A DNA stretch of 64,000 nucleotides, taken from the NCBI RefSeq assembly GCF_009914755.1, contig NC_060937.1, one strand, 5' to 3'. Below are positions 13,191 to 26,352 of the stretch, piece after piece. This DNA comes from the human T2T-CHM13v2.0 reference genome, Homo sapiens. The notes under the pieces were generated by a model, which made no database searches, was not told the DNA's origin, and saw nothing but the letters and a program-made list of their open reading frames with translations. A program made the translations under genes and the position numbers. Position 1 is the stretch's first letter; each line of letters opens with the position of its first letter.

Positions 13191-13579
13191 GCTGTGGATA
13201 GCAAATATTTTATAAAATGCATTAATTTCTTACTTGAGTTTAGAGTGCTTTTAGCTTAATTTTTATAATTAACTCTTCAGTAAAAGGTTACAAAGATCAT
13301 AGATCAAGGCTAAAATAAATCAATTTCAGCCTAGGCCCTGAGCCCACTTCCTCCTTCTTGAATTCTGCTTCAAATGGGTGTGAACAAATAAAGGGCTCAA
13401 GCTGTGAAGTTAGTATTATTTTGAAAGGAGGTAATGGCCATTAGACCGAAATTTAATTCATTTTATTAATGTAACATTTTAGGAACCATTAGATAACTAT
13501 ATTTTGTTAAGTGCAATAAATATGTAATAAATAATACTGACATTTCAGTTAATGCAATGAAATTATAAATATAAATGTA

Positions 13580-13879
13580 GGCCGGGTGCGGTGGCTCATG
13601 CCTGTAATCCCAGCACTTTGGGAGGCCGAGGCGGGAGGATCACGAGTTCAGGAGAACAAGACCATCCTGGCTAACACGGTGAAACGCCGTCTCTACTAAA
13701 AATACAAAAAATTAGCTGGATGTGGTGGTGGGCGTCTTTAGGCTCAGCTACTCAGGAGGTTGAGGCAGGAGAATGGCGTGAACCTGGGAGGCAGAGCTTG
13801 CAGTGAGCCGAGATCGTGCCACTGCACTCCAGCCTGGGCAACAGAGCCAGAAAAAAAAAAAAAAAAAAAAAAAAAACAT

Positions 13880-13905
<26 letters not shown>
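13580..13905 (+). mobile_element. AluY-like, A tail plus (TAAA)n
   Basis: Diagnostic atcctggctaacacggtg, gaatggcgtgaacc and gagcttgcagtg; TSD taaatataaatgta / taaatataaaggta. Confidence 0.95.
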
Positions 13906-13910
<5 letters not shown>

Positions 13911-16606
13911 ATAAAGGTATAGTTAATTTAAACAGGGGATAAAATAATGTGGTGAGATTGGAGAGAATATAAAAGGATTAGGAAGTGACATTGAATAGAA
14001 ATGAAGATAAATAAACCAAGTACAACAAAAAGTTAAAGATATCAATGATACATTGAAATATAAAGAAATATTAATGCTAAAATTTACTGACAGAAATGGA
14101 GTGAACTGTATAGATTTTTAAAATTGACTCCCCGTTCATTCTTCCATTCTTCCATCAGAAATTAATTCACGTCAATAGGCAGAAATAATTTGAATTTATG
14201 TTTATGTAAAAATAAACTACATAAAATAAACCTATTTTGTATATTTTGAAAAAGTACAACCACAAAAGGAAAAAAAGGGAAGGTGATGTCAATTTAGTGT
14301 CTGTTAGAGGACTAAAATGTATTACTTGAAAGCAAATATTGCAGTGTGTTTATGTGAATCTAGAAAATAAATCTCTATCTTAAAGAAAATACTGAATATT
14401 TCCATAAGTATTATTTATAGTAGTAGGCCTCTAAATGAAATCATGCATAGAACAAAAATGAAAGATGCTCTAAATCTGCCATCTTTTGATTTATCACTCT
14501 GAAATCTGATCATATACAAATTAATGCTTTTAATTGCTTCCCTACCCAGTTGAACTTGAAATATGCTGTGGCAGATATATTAATCTTGTGAAACTAACTA
14601 CAGCTCTTTATTGCCTTTACTTCTTAGACAAATTTATCTCTTTGATGCGAAATAACAAATAGTCTACAGCAAAAAGGGGAGTTTTACATTGATGTAGTTA
14701 TGACATAAATTGATAACAATGAATCATCACATCCTAACATCTTTTTTTTTTTTTTTCCACACCTGAACCTGAATTGTTAGTGAGTGGAGCAGAACTGGCA
14801 AACTTGAGGGAAGAAAGGCTCTTAATTATAGTCTGTCTCAGCAGGTATATATGGCTGCAGATATACTACTTTTAGATCATCAGGAATACAGCTGGTGGCA
14901 AAAAGGAATCCTAATGTTTATTATATTTTCTTATTGGGGTAAAAGTAAATGCAAAAAAAAAAGATGAAATGTTCTAAATAAAAGTTTCTAGAAATGTATC
15001 CTGAGATAACACTCTAGGCAGAAATGGAAGAGAAATAATCTAGTTATCCATAAACTGAAATTCTTAAGATGTCAATGTTCACATTGTTAAATATTTCAAA
15101 ATGTCCCATAACAAATCTAGAACTGAATTTTGAAATAAGACAGAAGATATGCATTTAAGCTTCTTACAGTAAAGATAATGTGTAAAGCTGGTATAGCAAA
15201 AATAAATCTCCTTTTAGAAAGGGCATACCTCATGGTTTTCCAAAGTTACAACTCTAATTGCAATATTAACATTTCTGGGCTATGGCAAAGAAATCTTCCG
15301 TGCCAAAATTAATGTATTAACTCACCAAATTTATCTTATCCCATCCGTTAACATTCTTTGTCAAATATAAGTTATTAAACAACACTTTCTCTTTTGAGTT
15401 GAAACCGTTGTGAACAATCAAATAAATCAGATTATGAAAATCCCTAAATAAATATACTACCTTCTAAATTCATACAAATGCCAGCTTTAATGTCTGTTGG
15501 GTTTATTTAAAGGTGGCCATTTTATAACATCTCTCCAGCAACCCTATTGTTCCCCTGTCATTTATATGAAATAGATAATCTAAGGGATAGATATCTGACT
15601 ACCATAGAGTAAGTTGCTTAGCTGCCACAGCAGGTATTTGTAAAGTTGTGTTTATGAAGGAAAAAGGACTTTGAGAACCATATACCGTCTGTCTTTTACA
15701 TAGAAACCAGTGGCATTTCATTAGAGAAATTTGGGAAATCTGTCAGCCCTCAGAAGCTTTAATGCTGCTGGAATGTAAGTAAACAAATAAAAAGGCAACC
15801 AAGTGATTGCAACCTGTTTTCTTACCTGATGACGTGTCGTGCATAGAAAAATAAATGTATTGGAATGTAGTAAGAATAAGAAGCCTTGCTATTATATCCT
15901 CTTTCCCAGAAGTCTTCATGTTCAGCAAAATATAGAGAGTGCTTCTGGCAGAAGAGGACTGGACCTGGGCAAGGTAGAGTAAGAGCACATTACAGAAATG
16001 AACAATGGGATGGTCCAACAGAGTGTTAAAATGTATGTTCTATGCACCCCACAGAGAGGCAGCCTTTGGGTTTCCTACAAGTCAGGTCATTGTACTACTG
16101 TATCATTAGTCAGAGATACAGTCTCAGCTCAGACTGCAACCTCTTCTAGCCTTGTAAAAAGGACTTTTATATTTTCCCATCTCCTCCCCTAACCCTATCA
16201 CTTTATAAAAGGCCATTTTTTTTTTGAGAGCCAGACCATAGCTGCATCTTTTTCTTAGACTCCTATTTGTACCTCTAGTCTTCACTAAGAAGGGGAATAA
16301 GAGGTGAATCAGATATAAATCTTGAAATTTTAAAACCCAAATAACAGTATGTGAATTGCATAAAGCAATAGAAAAAATACGGAATCTAGAATAAAGGTAG
16401 TTAATAGACTCTCTATTCAGGGCCAAACTAAATATATGCATCATAACATGGCAATTTTTGAAAAATAAATAAAGATTTTTTCTTGTTTATAGTCTCAAAC
16501 TTGAGGTATCTCAATTAAATATGTAGACATATATGGTACATATATTTATTTATTTTTATAGTAGATGTCTTCTTGTTTATACTCTGAAAGTTGAGATATC
16601 TCAGTT

Positions 16607-16630
16607 ACACACACACACATGCACACACAC
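16607..16630 (+). repeat. (CA)n microsatellite
   Basis: acacacacacacatgcacacacac. Confidence 0.8.
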
Positions 16631-19002
16631 TACTAGTCTTCCATTCATTTTGTTGTACTGGAAGCTAATTGGCTTAAGGGGCTACTTGGCTTAATTTTTA
16701 TTCTACACTGAAGAGAATGTAAATAAAATATAACTATAAATTTAGACTACATTATTTCTGTGGCAAACATAAAAAGGTTTTATTCTTGAAACTTCTAATT
16801 ATTCAGATAAATAATACAAATCAATAAAACTTTTACTAATTTGTAGCACTGTTCTTAAAGCATGGAGATAATATGGCTGGAGTGGGGGAGATTTACTCTT
16901 TGTTCATTGTTTTGTCCTTTTGAAATTCATAGTAACTTCTCACAGTTTTTCATTTTGAGTTATCTGCCAAATGTTTCTGTACCTCCCTTGTGATTGAATG
17001 ATTCAGAAAATTCTCATGAATCTCAGCATGATTCATTACTCTACTTTTAACCTTCTAGATTTAAATAAGAAAGTTAAGATATTTTCTTTCTATATTTATT
17101 AGCACAATTATCAGGTAATAGGCAATTACATGCTTTATCATTCACTCTCCACAAAGAGCGGTTTTCATAACTTACAAAAAGATGAAAATGGTTTCCTTCA
17201 TGATAACGTATTTATACTAAAATGCCTTGTTTGACAAAAGAGAGGAGCCAGGATTAATCATAAGCTATATCTCTCTTAATCTTTTTCAGGATTCTTGATT
17301 ATACAGAGTTTAGAGAGGTTTACAAAAGATATTTTAGCCCCATTTGAAAGTGAGAAATTATGGAGGCTAAAAAAATGTAATCTCTAAAATAACAATGATC
17401 ATTTGAATGAAATGTTTTGATTTAATTTCTCTCCTTCAAGATCCTAGGACTAAACACACTGTGGGTTTATATCAGAGAGCATAATGCCTACATATTTTAC
17501 TTTGCCCTTCCCAGATAACTTGTCATCACCATTTTTATTTATATCAAAGAATATATGCAAGGATCTTGAAGTTCTGTTAACAATATTCTTTAAAACCTGT
17601 CATTGTTCTCAACAGCTATTTAAAGAAATCACAAACATTTTTCACACTTAGATGAGGAGCACTTTTATAATATTAGAGCACTATTATTTGTTTATCACTA
17701 GGAAATTTTAACAGTTCCATGTCAGTCTGAAAAATGAAGATTGAATAGATATAACTCAACTTAGCATGATTGCATATTTATCATTTCATTTTTACAATTC
17801 CTATCAATAATTGAATTCATGTGACAACAGTGAATATTGGTGAGCCTAATTTGGGCAGGTTATTGTATTTGAATGATTGCCGAGTAAAGAAATTGTCCTT
17901 ACTGCTTTCAACCTATGGTAATAGAAGACATAATTAGACACCATTCATTATTGCAAATGTGCTGCCTATAGATTAGACTTTCAAAACCATATAGTCTTAT
18001 TCTTTTGGGTCTATCTTTTGACACATTCACGCTCTTTAGACACCAGTGACAACCAGAAAGCACACAGTTTAAATCCAAGATCTGAACTACAGTGACATCT
18101 GCTACATAGCTCTTCTTACAGAAATATAACCTAAATATATTCTGAAACAGATTGAACATAGCTATTCTCAAGATAGGCATATGACTAATTAAATGAAAAT
18201 ACATCATGCTATCTCTCCCCCTTGAAAACTTACATTAAACTAGGAAAGAACTGCAAGATATTAAAGGGAGAGCTCAAAATTCATTCAAAATGAAGAAAAG
18301 CAGCTCTTTTAGTATGAAAGCTTAAAATTTATTACATAATTTTATTGAATTAAAATCCATAATGATAATGTGGGTTTCTCTCCAAACTGGAGGCATTTTC
18401 TTAGGAGCAACATTTATTACATGAGCTAAAAAAGTGAAGTCAAAGGAAAACAAATATTTTTCAGTGATGCAGGATTTACAACTAATGTTATAATGTTTTA
18501 CTTTAGAAAATGTTAGTTTAGAGTAGATTAAAGACTGTTAATATACATTTCCCAACCCAGCAAATCAAATTAGTTCATGTTTATAAACATATATATTAAT
18601 TTATATTTCTCTTCTTTCCTGAGTGATGCTTCTTTTTATGATTCTACTGTTTAAGTTTTAGCAATTTTGTCAGGTTTTCATGGTAAATGAATCAAAACTC
18701 AATAATTTTAGGTATTTGTAATTATAGTAAATATATAATACATTTCTAAATTTTAAAGTAAATTTAATGTTGTCATTGGTATTGTGTTTATTGTAAGAAA
18801 AATTGGAGTAACATTAGGATCTAATAAATTATTAACAAAAATGATGATTTAATGTTTTATTAATTTTTACATAAAACTTCCGAATACTTCAAGTATGTGT
18901 ATTAAATAACAACTGTTCTGAAATATTGATTTCTGTGCACTGTCAAAAATAATTCTGTGAAATATATATATTTTAATAATTTAATAATTCTGTGAAAAAT
19001 AA

Positions 19003-19005
19003 ATA

Positions 19006-19063
<58 letters not shown>

Positions 19064-19345
19064 AGATGGAATCTCGCTCTTTCACCCAGGCTGAAGTGCA
19101 GTAGCACAGTCTCAGCTCATTGCAACTTCTGCCTTCCGGGTTTTAAGTGATTCTCCTGCCTCAGCCTCCCCAGTAGCTGGGATTACAGGCAGGCGCCACC
19201 ATGCCCAGCTAAGTTTTGTATTTTTAGTAAAGACGAGATCTCACCTTGGTGGCCAGGCTGGTCTTAAGCTCCTGACCTCAAGTGATCCACCTGCCTTGGC
19301 CTCCCAAAGTGCTGGGATTATAGGCGTGAGCCACTGCTCCCAGCC
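19003..19345 (-). mobile_element. AluS with a long poly(T) run plus (AT)n tail
   Basis: Full Alu reverse complement; T run 19028-19062 preceded by (AT)n; probable TSD gaaaaata. Confidence 0.95.
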
Positions 19346-19531
19346 AGAAAAATATTCTTAAAACAGATGGAAATACTACAAAAATTTGAATTGAAATTAC
19401 TTTGTATAGTCAATGGTTTTTCCTCTTTGGAATTTCTTAGCCTTGTAATTAATAGTTGTTTGTCCTCAGATATGCTAAACTAGATCTACAGAATCAATCT
19501 TTCATTTAACAGCTATTAATTGGACACCTAT

Positions 19532-19984
19532 TGTATTAATTTTCTATAGTTGCTATAAAAAATAACTGGAAAATTAATGGCTGAAAGCAACACAGATATA
19601 TGCTATTAAAACAAAATCTTGGACATCAAATGCTCAGAATGGGTTTTACCAGGCTAAAATCAAGGAGTGGAGAGGGCTGTGTTTCTTTCCGGAGTCTGTT
19701 AGAGGGAATCCATTCTTTGCCTCTTCCAGTTTTTAGATAGTGGTCCCCTTACTGCATTAGCAAATGACCACTGTTTCCATTTTCAAATTTTCTTCTCTGA
19801 TTCTGATTTCATAACTTTCTCTTTTTGAAAAGTACCCTTCTGATTACGTTGGTTATCCACATAATCCAGGATAATAACTACTTTCAAAATTCTGCATAAT
19901 TCCTTGGCCATGTAAGATAATATTGACAGATTTTGGAGATTAGGATGTGGATATGTTTGGAGAGGCATTATATTGTCTACCACA
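19532..19984 (-). mobile_element. MLT1D LTR
   Basis: ggctaaaatcaagg...agggaatccattctttgcctcttccagtttttaga...ggattaggatgtggatat...tgtctaccaca. Confidence 0.85.
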
Positions 19985-20159
19985 TCTACTATAAAAGATG
20001 CATGGTATGTAACCAAAAGTTAAAGTGATGTCAACCATGTTGTTTTGGAATTTGAAGGCCAGAGAAAAAGAAAAATATTGAAAATGTGTTTACAACTAAA
20101 AACAGAGTAACAAAATATAAACAGAGAGTAAAACAGATAAAGCAAGGAAGACATATCTT

Positions 20160-20484
<325 letters not shown>

Positions 20485-20952
20485 TGAGAATTATATTTCA
20501 ACTGGGATATTAGAAATGGAGATAATATATATGGCATACATGTCCAGATGCAGAAAAACTTCGGATCTTGAATGGTTATTTAAATCATTTAATTTTAAAA
20601 ATTATTTTATCTCCAGGGCAATTTATGAACTTTGGAGTGGATATTTAAGTTCTATGAAGAGTAGCAACATAACAGAGCTAATATTGTTACACCAGTTAGG
20701 GAAAAGATTGTTACATTTGTATATGAAAGCTTTGACTATAGTATGACCAAACTTGCTTGCAGTGAGATGATCAAGAAAAATAAAATTCAAGGAATTTTAG
20801 GAGTGGAAGCTGCTTGAAATACTCGTTTCTGGATGTAAGATTGCAAACAAACACACATATTACAAAAGAGCTATCAGATATTATTAAGGATCAGATATGG
20901 AGTAACCCTGACTTTATGGTAGCACATATTACTAGGCTTTCTTCAGTAGTAC

Positions 20953-21681
20953 TGTTACACTAGGTACCTAGTCAGACAGGAGGCAGGTGAGCAGGGCGGG
21001 AGAACCAACCTCCCCCCAGGAATGTCAGGCCATCACCAGGTGATGATCAGGCAGTGATTAAACTGTCTCTCTAAAATAATAATTTGTCACAGCCAGTTCC
21101 AAGGAAAGGCAGAGTCCAATAGAAAGAGAACACCTGAAACTGGTAATCAACACGTTCCCGATAAGGTCTCAGGAGGTGGGCAAGTGGGCTGCAGCATATG
21201 CAGGAGTTTAACTGGTATATGACCTTCTAGGAACATTCGACTAGTAAGGGAAAAACGCAAATGAGTATGTGTACAACTTCAGTGTACACACTGCGCATAC
21301 AGCCCCTGCAAAGTGCTGGCAGGCCACCTGCATGGTGGAAAGCCCACCCCAAGGGAACAACTGGGAGAAGTAATGCAAGAGCCTGGAAGCATGCCAACAT
21401 CTAAAACCCTAAGTCAAAACTCAAACCATGCACTTGAATCTCTCGTCGACTGCCTGGCACTCTTCCAAATGTACTTCCTTTTGTTCCTAATCTAAAACTT
21501 TTTAACAAATTTTCACTCCTGCTCTAAAACTTACCTCAGTTTCTCACTCTATTTTATGCCCCTCAGTCAAATTCTTTCTATTGAGGAGACAAGAATTGAG
21601 GTTTCTGCAGACCCATACAGATTTGCCATTGCTAAAACACTTTGGTGCTGCATGCCTTGGATACTTTCCCTAGTGGTAACA
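20953..21681 (+). mobile_element. MER50 solo LTR (ERV1)
   Basis: TG...CA termini; aggaatgtcagg, aactgtctctctaaaataataatt, ggagtttaactggtatatgacctt, ends ttccctagtggtaaca; near TSD gtac/ttac. Confidence 0.85.
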
Positions 21682-22057
21682 TTACCTATCAGCTTAGGTT
21701 TCAGCACAGCATCAGGTATTTCCAGGCAGATATGACAAAAATAATAATTTTGCAAAGAAAAATAAAATGTGTGCATAAAAGTGGTTGAAGTAAATAGCCT
21801 CTGAGGGCTTAGCTGCGTTCAAGGAAGGGAGGGCAGAAGTTTTTAAGGAGACAAAAAAAAGTAGCAAGAGCAGTACTTGAGTTCCAGCGAAACTCATGGA
21901 CATTTGCATTAGACATAACTCACCAAATAATTGGAAACAATAAGAGGCTGTCCTTAAAGAAGACAAGTCTTCAACTTATATCAAAGGTGGAACATTGTCA
22001 AGTTAAACATTCTATTTTGTGATCAAGGAATGGGATTGAAATGAGGGTCCCTAGAGA

Positions 22058-22110
22058 CAAAACAAACCAACAAACAAACAAACCAAACCAAAACAAACAA
22101 AGCAAAAAAA
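22058..22110 (+). repeat. (AAAC)n A-rich simple repeat
   Basis: caaaacaaaccaacaaacaaacaaaccaaaccaaaacaaac. Confidence 0.85.
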
Positions 22111-22633
22111 ATGAAAATAAAAAGTCAGATGGATAAATGTTCAATGTCTGGCATGAAATATGTTGCCATCTATATCCCTCTTACTGGTTCTAAAATACAA
22201 TTCAATCTAAACAGTTGTTTTTTATTATATCATGTTTTCTGAATTATCTTTCCTTCATTCTCATTATGAATGTTCATTCAAAATCTTTCCCTGGCTCCAC
22301 TGAAAAATGTATTTTATATAGTGAAATATGTGCATTTAAATATCTAAGATAACAAGACAGTTTTTATCTTGCTTGGATTCCTCTTTTGCCCCTAGTAGCT
22401 AATTTAAAATATTGTTATTAAAGCATATTCACAGAGGAATCTGACCTATTAGTAAGAAGTACAGGACATAATTTGGACTACAGGCCCCTCTTGCTATTTT
22501 CCAATCTTTTAACCATAAAATTTCTGACATATTCCCTTTCATTAGAAAATTAAAGATAAAAATAAGATGTAGATAAGAAGAAACTGTACAAGAAGTGTCA
22601 GCAAGTATCTAGCTTTTTAAAAAATTGACCAGG

Positions 22634-22890
22634 GGCCAGGAGCAGTGGCTCACGCCTGTAATCCCAGCACTTTGGGAGGCCCAGTGGGGTGGATTGCCTG
22701 AGCTCAAGAATTTGAGACCAGCCTGGGCAACACAGTGAAACCCTGTCTTTACTAAAATACAAAAAATTAGCTGGGCATGGTGGTGTGTGCCTGTAGTCCC
22801 AGCTACTCAGGAGGCTGAGGCAGGAGAATTGCTTGAACCTCCACCAGGAGGTGGAGGTTGCAGTGAGCAACAGAGTGAGACTTCGTTTCA

Positions 22891-22922
<32 letters not shown>

Positions 22923-22924
22923 AA
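22634..22924 (+). mobile_element. Alu (S-like) with a right-arm deletion and (AAAAC)n tail
   Basis: TSD tgaccagg at 22626-22633 and 22927-22934; gcagtgagc joins directly to aacagagtgagac. Confidence 0.95.
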
Positions 22925-23539
22925 CCTGACCAGGTTAGCAGATAAGGGAAAACATTGTAGTCTAAAGGACAGGATTATTGAAAAAGAAAAAGGAGCTATG
23001 GAGGTTAGTAAGAATGGGTAGTAAATCCCGGCAAACAGGATTGAGGAGCTTTCATCGATCACTGTGAATAAAATAAATGGCAAATGATTTGTTAGCACAA
23101 TAAAGACGAAAGGTTGTCAGAGGAAGATTTATTATAGTCACAAAAATGTCACAGAGAAAATAGGACCTAAGTACTGTATGGAAGGATGATTACATTGAAT
23201 GAAATTTAAGTGTGGAAAATAATGTATGTGTCATGATTATGCCTTGGTATTTCAGGCTTATTTTTTGGAATTTCCACTAATTAGCACATTATGGGGCAGC
23301 TGGCATAACCCTGTCTCATTATAGGAGGTGAAAAACTGAAAGGTTTCTACATCATAATATATGACTAGATTCTAAATTTTTCCATATCTTTCAAAATTTT
23401 CTGGCTATTACTCTTTCAAATTACCTTACGTCTTGTCTTTTACATAAATTTGCTTAGTTTGTATCAGAATTGGTCTTCTTAGCCATGAGGAGTTATTTTA
23501 AAAATTTGTACATTTGAAGATTTTCAGTTAATTTATTTG

Positions 23540-23685
23540 TATGCTCATAACTCCACCTTATAGATGAGAAAAATAATGTGTGCTATAACCAAATAAGGGG
23601 ATTGAGAAAGTACGATGATAATGAGCTTGTCCAATGTTACCTAGCTAGTAGAGCAAGAGCAAGTACTGAAATCCCAGATTCTTTG
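23540..23685 (-). mobile_element. MIR fragment
   Basis: ttatagatgagaaaa...cttgtccaatgttacctagctagta. Confidence 0.55.
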
Positions 23686-23799
23686 AAATTAATGAGAATG
23701 CCTCTGGAATGAAAATAATTTTTTTCTATATGTAATAAAAATAATGTTTTTTTGAAGCATTATATTCTCACTATTGGAAGTAAAACTTTTTTATTTTAT

Positions 23800-23933
23800 A
23801 TTTTTGTATTTTTAGTAGAGACAGCGTTATGCCATGTTGGCCAGGCTGGTCTCTAACTCCTGGCCTCGTGTGATCTGCCCACCTTGGCCTCCCAAAGTGC
23901 TAGAATTACAGGCATGAGCTACTGTGCCCAGCT
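23800..23933 (-). mobile_element. Alu left arm only (FLAM or truncated Alu)
   Basis: ttttgtatttttagtagagac...cctcccaaagtgctagaattacaggcatgag. Confidence 0.9.
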
Positions 23934-24441
23934 GCCCCAAAGACTTTAGTTCAAGCTCTAGAACTGTTGGTTAGTAGTTTCATAAGCTTAGGTTAGTCAT
24001 TTATGTTCTCAAAGGCCCAGGTTTTTTTCCATTTATATGAAGTCAATAGCAATATGTGACTTCTCAATATTTTTAAAATAAGTAATATAATTTCATTGGA
24101 GGTTATATATGCATATCTACCAATCAACCATGGTTTCTCTGGAGGCAAATAACTGGATGAATTATATTATGATCATAAGATTTCTTGGTAAGCAAAACAT
24201 AAGAAAAAAGTTGGTTATAGAATGCTGTCAGTCTAGTACATTTATCTAAAACAAATGAATAGATTTACCATTTTGACCTGACTTTAATTATTGGCCTTTG
24301 ATAGATAATTTCTAGAAAATCTTCTGTTTGGATGGACATAACTATATATTTTCACACTTTTTCTCATTTCTACAATTACTTTAAAACTTATAGGATCTAC
24401 TGAAAAATACTTGGCACCTTCATATTAAAAATAATGTTTCT

Positions 24442-24744
<303 letters not shown>

Positions 24745-26352
24745 AATTACGTTTCTTTGGATGGTAAACTCCTAACCAAATAAATGGACAGCCATAAAAA
24801 CTAACAGAACATCCTTGAAAAACAAGTCCAAACATGAAGTGCTAAACTAGGTAGCAGAAAAGGTTACAAAAAATGAGATGCTTCAATATAACAATTTAAA
24901 CATAAGAGCACATTTAGTAACAGATTTAGAAATCAGCTGGTCTGTAAATTCTCATCACAGACCATGGGGTAATAACTTCTGAAGATAGACCTGAGTAATA
25001 CACTTTAATCAATGAAGTAAAAGGGAAATCTGAAGAAAGTAGTCTTCAGTTGTGAATAAAACAAGAAAACCTATTCATAGTTGTAGGAGTGAACACCCAA
25101 CAGTTACGAAATCTGGGTCTTCTGAAAAATATACTTAGGATATGATCTTTGCCTTATCGAGCTGGTATTGCAGCACTCAGCTAATGTTTATAAGTAGCTG
25201 GTACTGATGAGTACACTGAACATAGCTAGTATATCCAAAACTGTCAGAAAGAAGGGATTCCAAGCAGAAATAAAAAAGCTGTTCATGAAATTTGAAGGGA
25301 GCTCCCACTTGGCAAAATTGTTACTCTGGTAGAGATCTATGAGGAACTTGAGCAAACCAAGAAACCCATAGGTCTGTATATAAAATTATCATCATGAAAA
25401 TCTTATTCATCCTGAGAAAATTGAATTTGGAAGTTGAATTCTTTCAACTGCATCTATTGGCATCTGTCAAACTCCTGTTGTAATAAGCATGAATATCAAA
25501 TTAACAATTACAAATGAAAGAAATCTTATAAACTTATAATCAAATAGATTTAGGAAGATGTATAAAATTTAGGAGAAATAATAATAATAATACTAGAGTA
25601 TGAGAAGATAGGCAAACTTTGTTGTGCTTTCAAAATTGTGTGCCTGCTAATGTAAGATGAATTCTTTACTGGAACACTTTTCTCTGGGTTATAGTCACTG
25701 GTTGTTTCTGGGATACATGACACAATGTGAATTTGGCAAACTTTACTTCTCTGGTAAATTTTATTGGTTCTATCTATAATGACAAAGACAATTGAGGCTT
25801 TCCAGAAGGAGAAAAACAGAAAAATAATGTATCATATTATTTCAAAAGATTGATCTTCAGAACATGTTATATTTGAACTATTTGGGTAAAAAATTATTAT
25901 AAACATGCTATGCATACATTTTATTCTAATTATTGGCCTAATTCATTGACTATTGAAAAGTTGAACCATTGGAATCCTGTGGTATGTGAATACTAGAACT
26001 TGCCTAAAGATTTTTTAGTAATTGGACTTTCACACTAAAGTTGTTTTTGATAAAATGTATAAAATGGCAATCACATTTATGTGAATTAACAGTGAGTCTT
26101 TACAGCAGTGTTCAAAGCTCGTGCCTGTATTGTCCTTTTCTTGTTATTTTGTCATAGCTGAAATATTAGATGCTGAAGGTATGTGTATTCCTGAAGATTC
26201 TATGATGGGAAAGTCAATGTTATTTCATATATTTTATTTATATATTTTTAAAGGAATTAAAAAATATTTTGCATTACAAAGCCATGTACAAGGTTATTTG
26301 TTTGTTGTGAGGTTTTCGGTTTTATTTTTTGTATTTTTAGGGAGAAAAATGT

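Noticed and set aside
16025-16065. CTCF-like ccacagagaggcagc
   Set aside because: Spacing does not fit the CCASYAGRKGGC core
21902-21909. Isolated ATTTGCAT octamer near MER50
   Set aside because: A single 8-mer is expected by chance in 64 kb of AT-rich DNA
22598-23098. Longest ORF in the track (166 aa)
   Set aside because: Mostly antisense Alu translation ([14 protein letters not shown]...[10 protein letters not shown]) and a simple repeat
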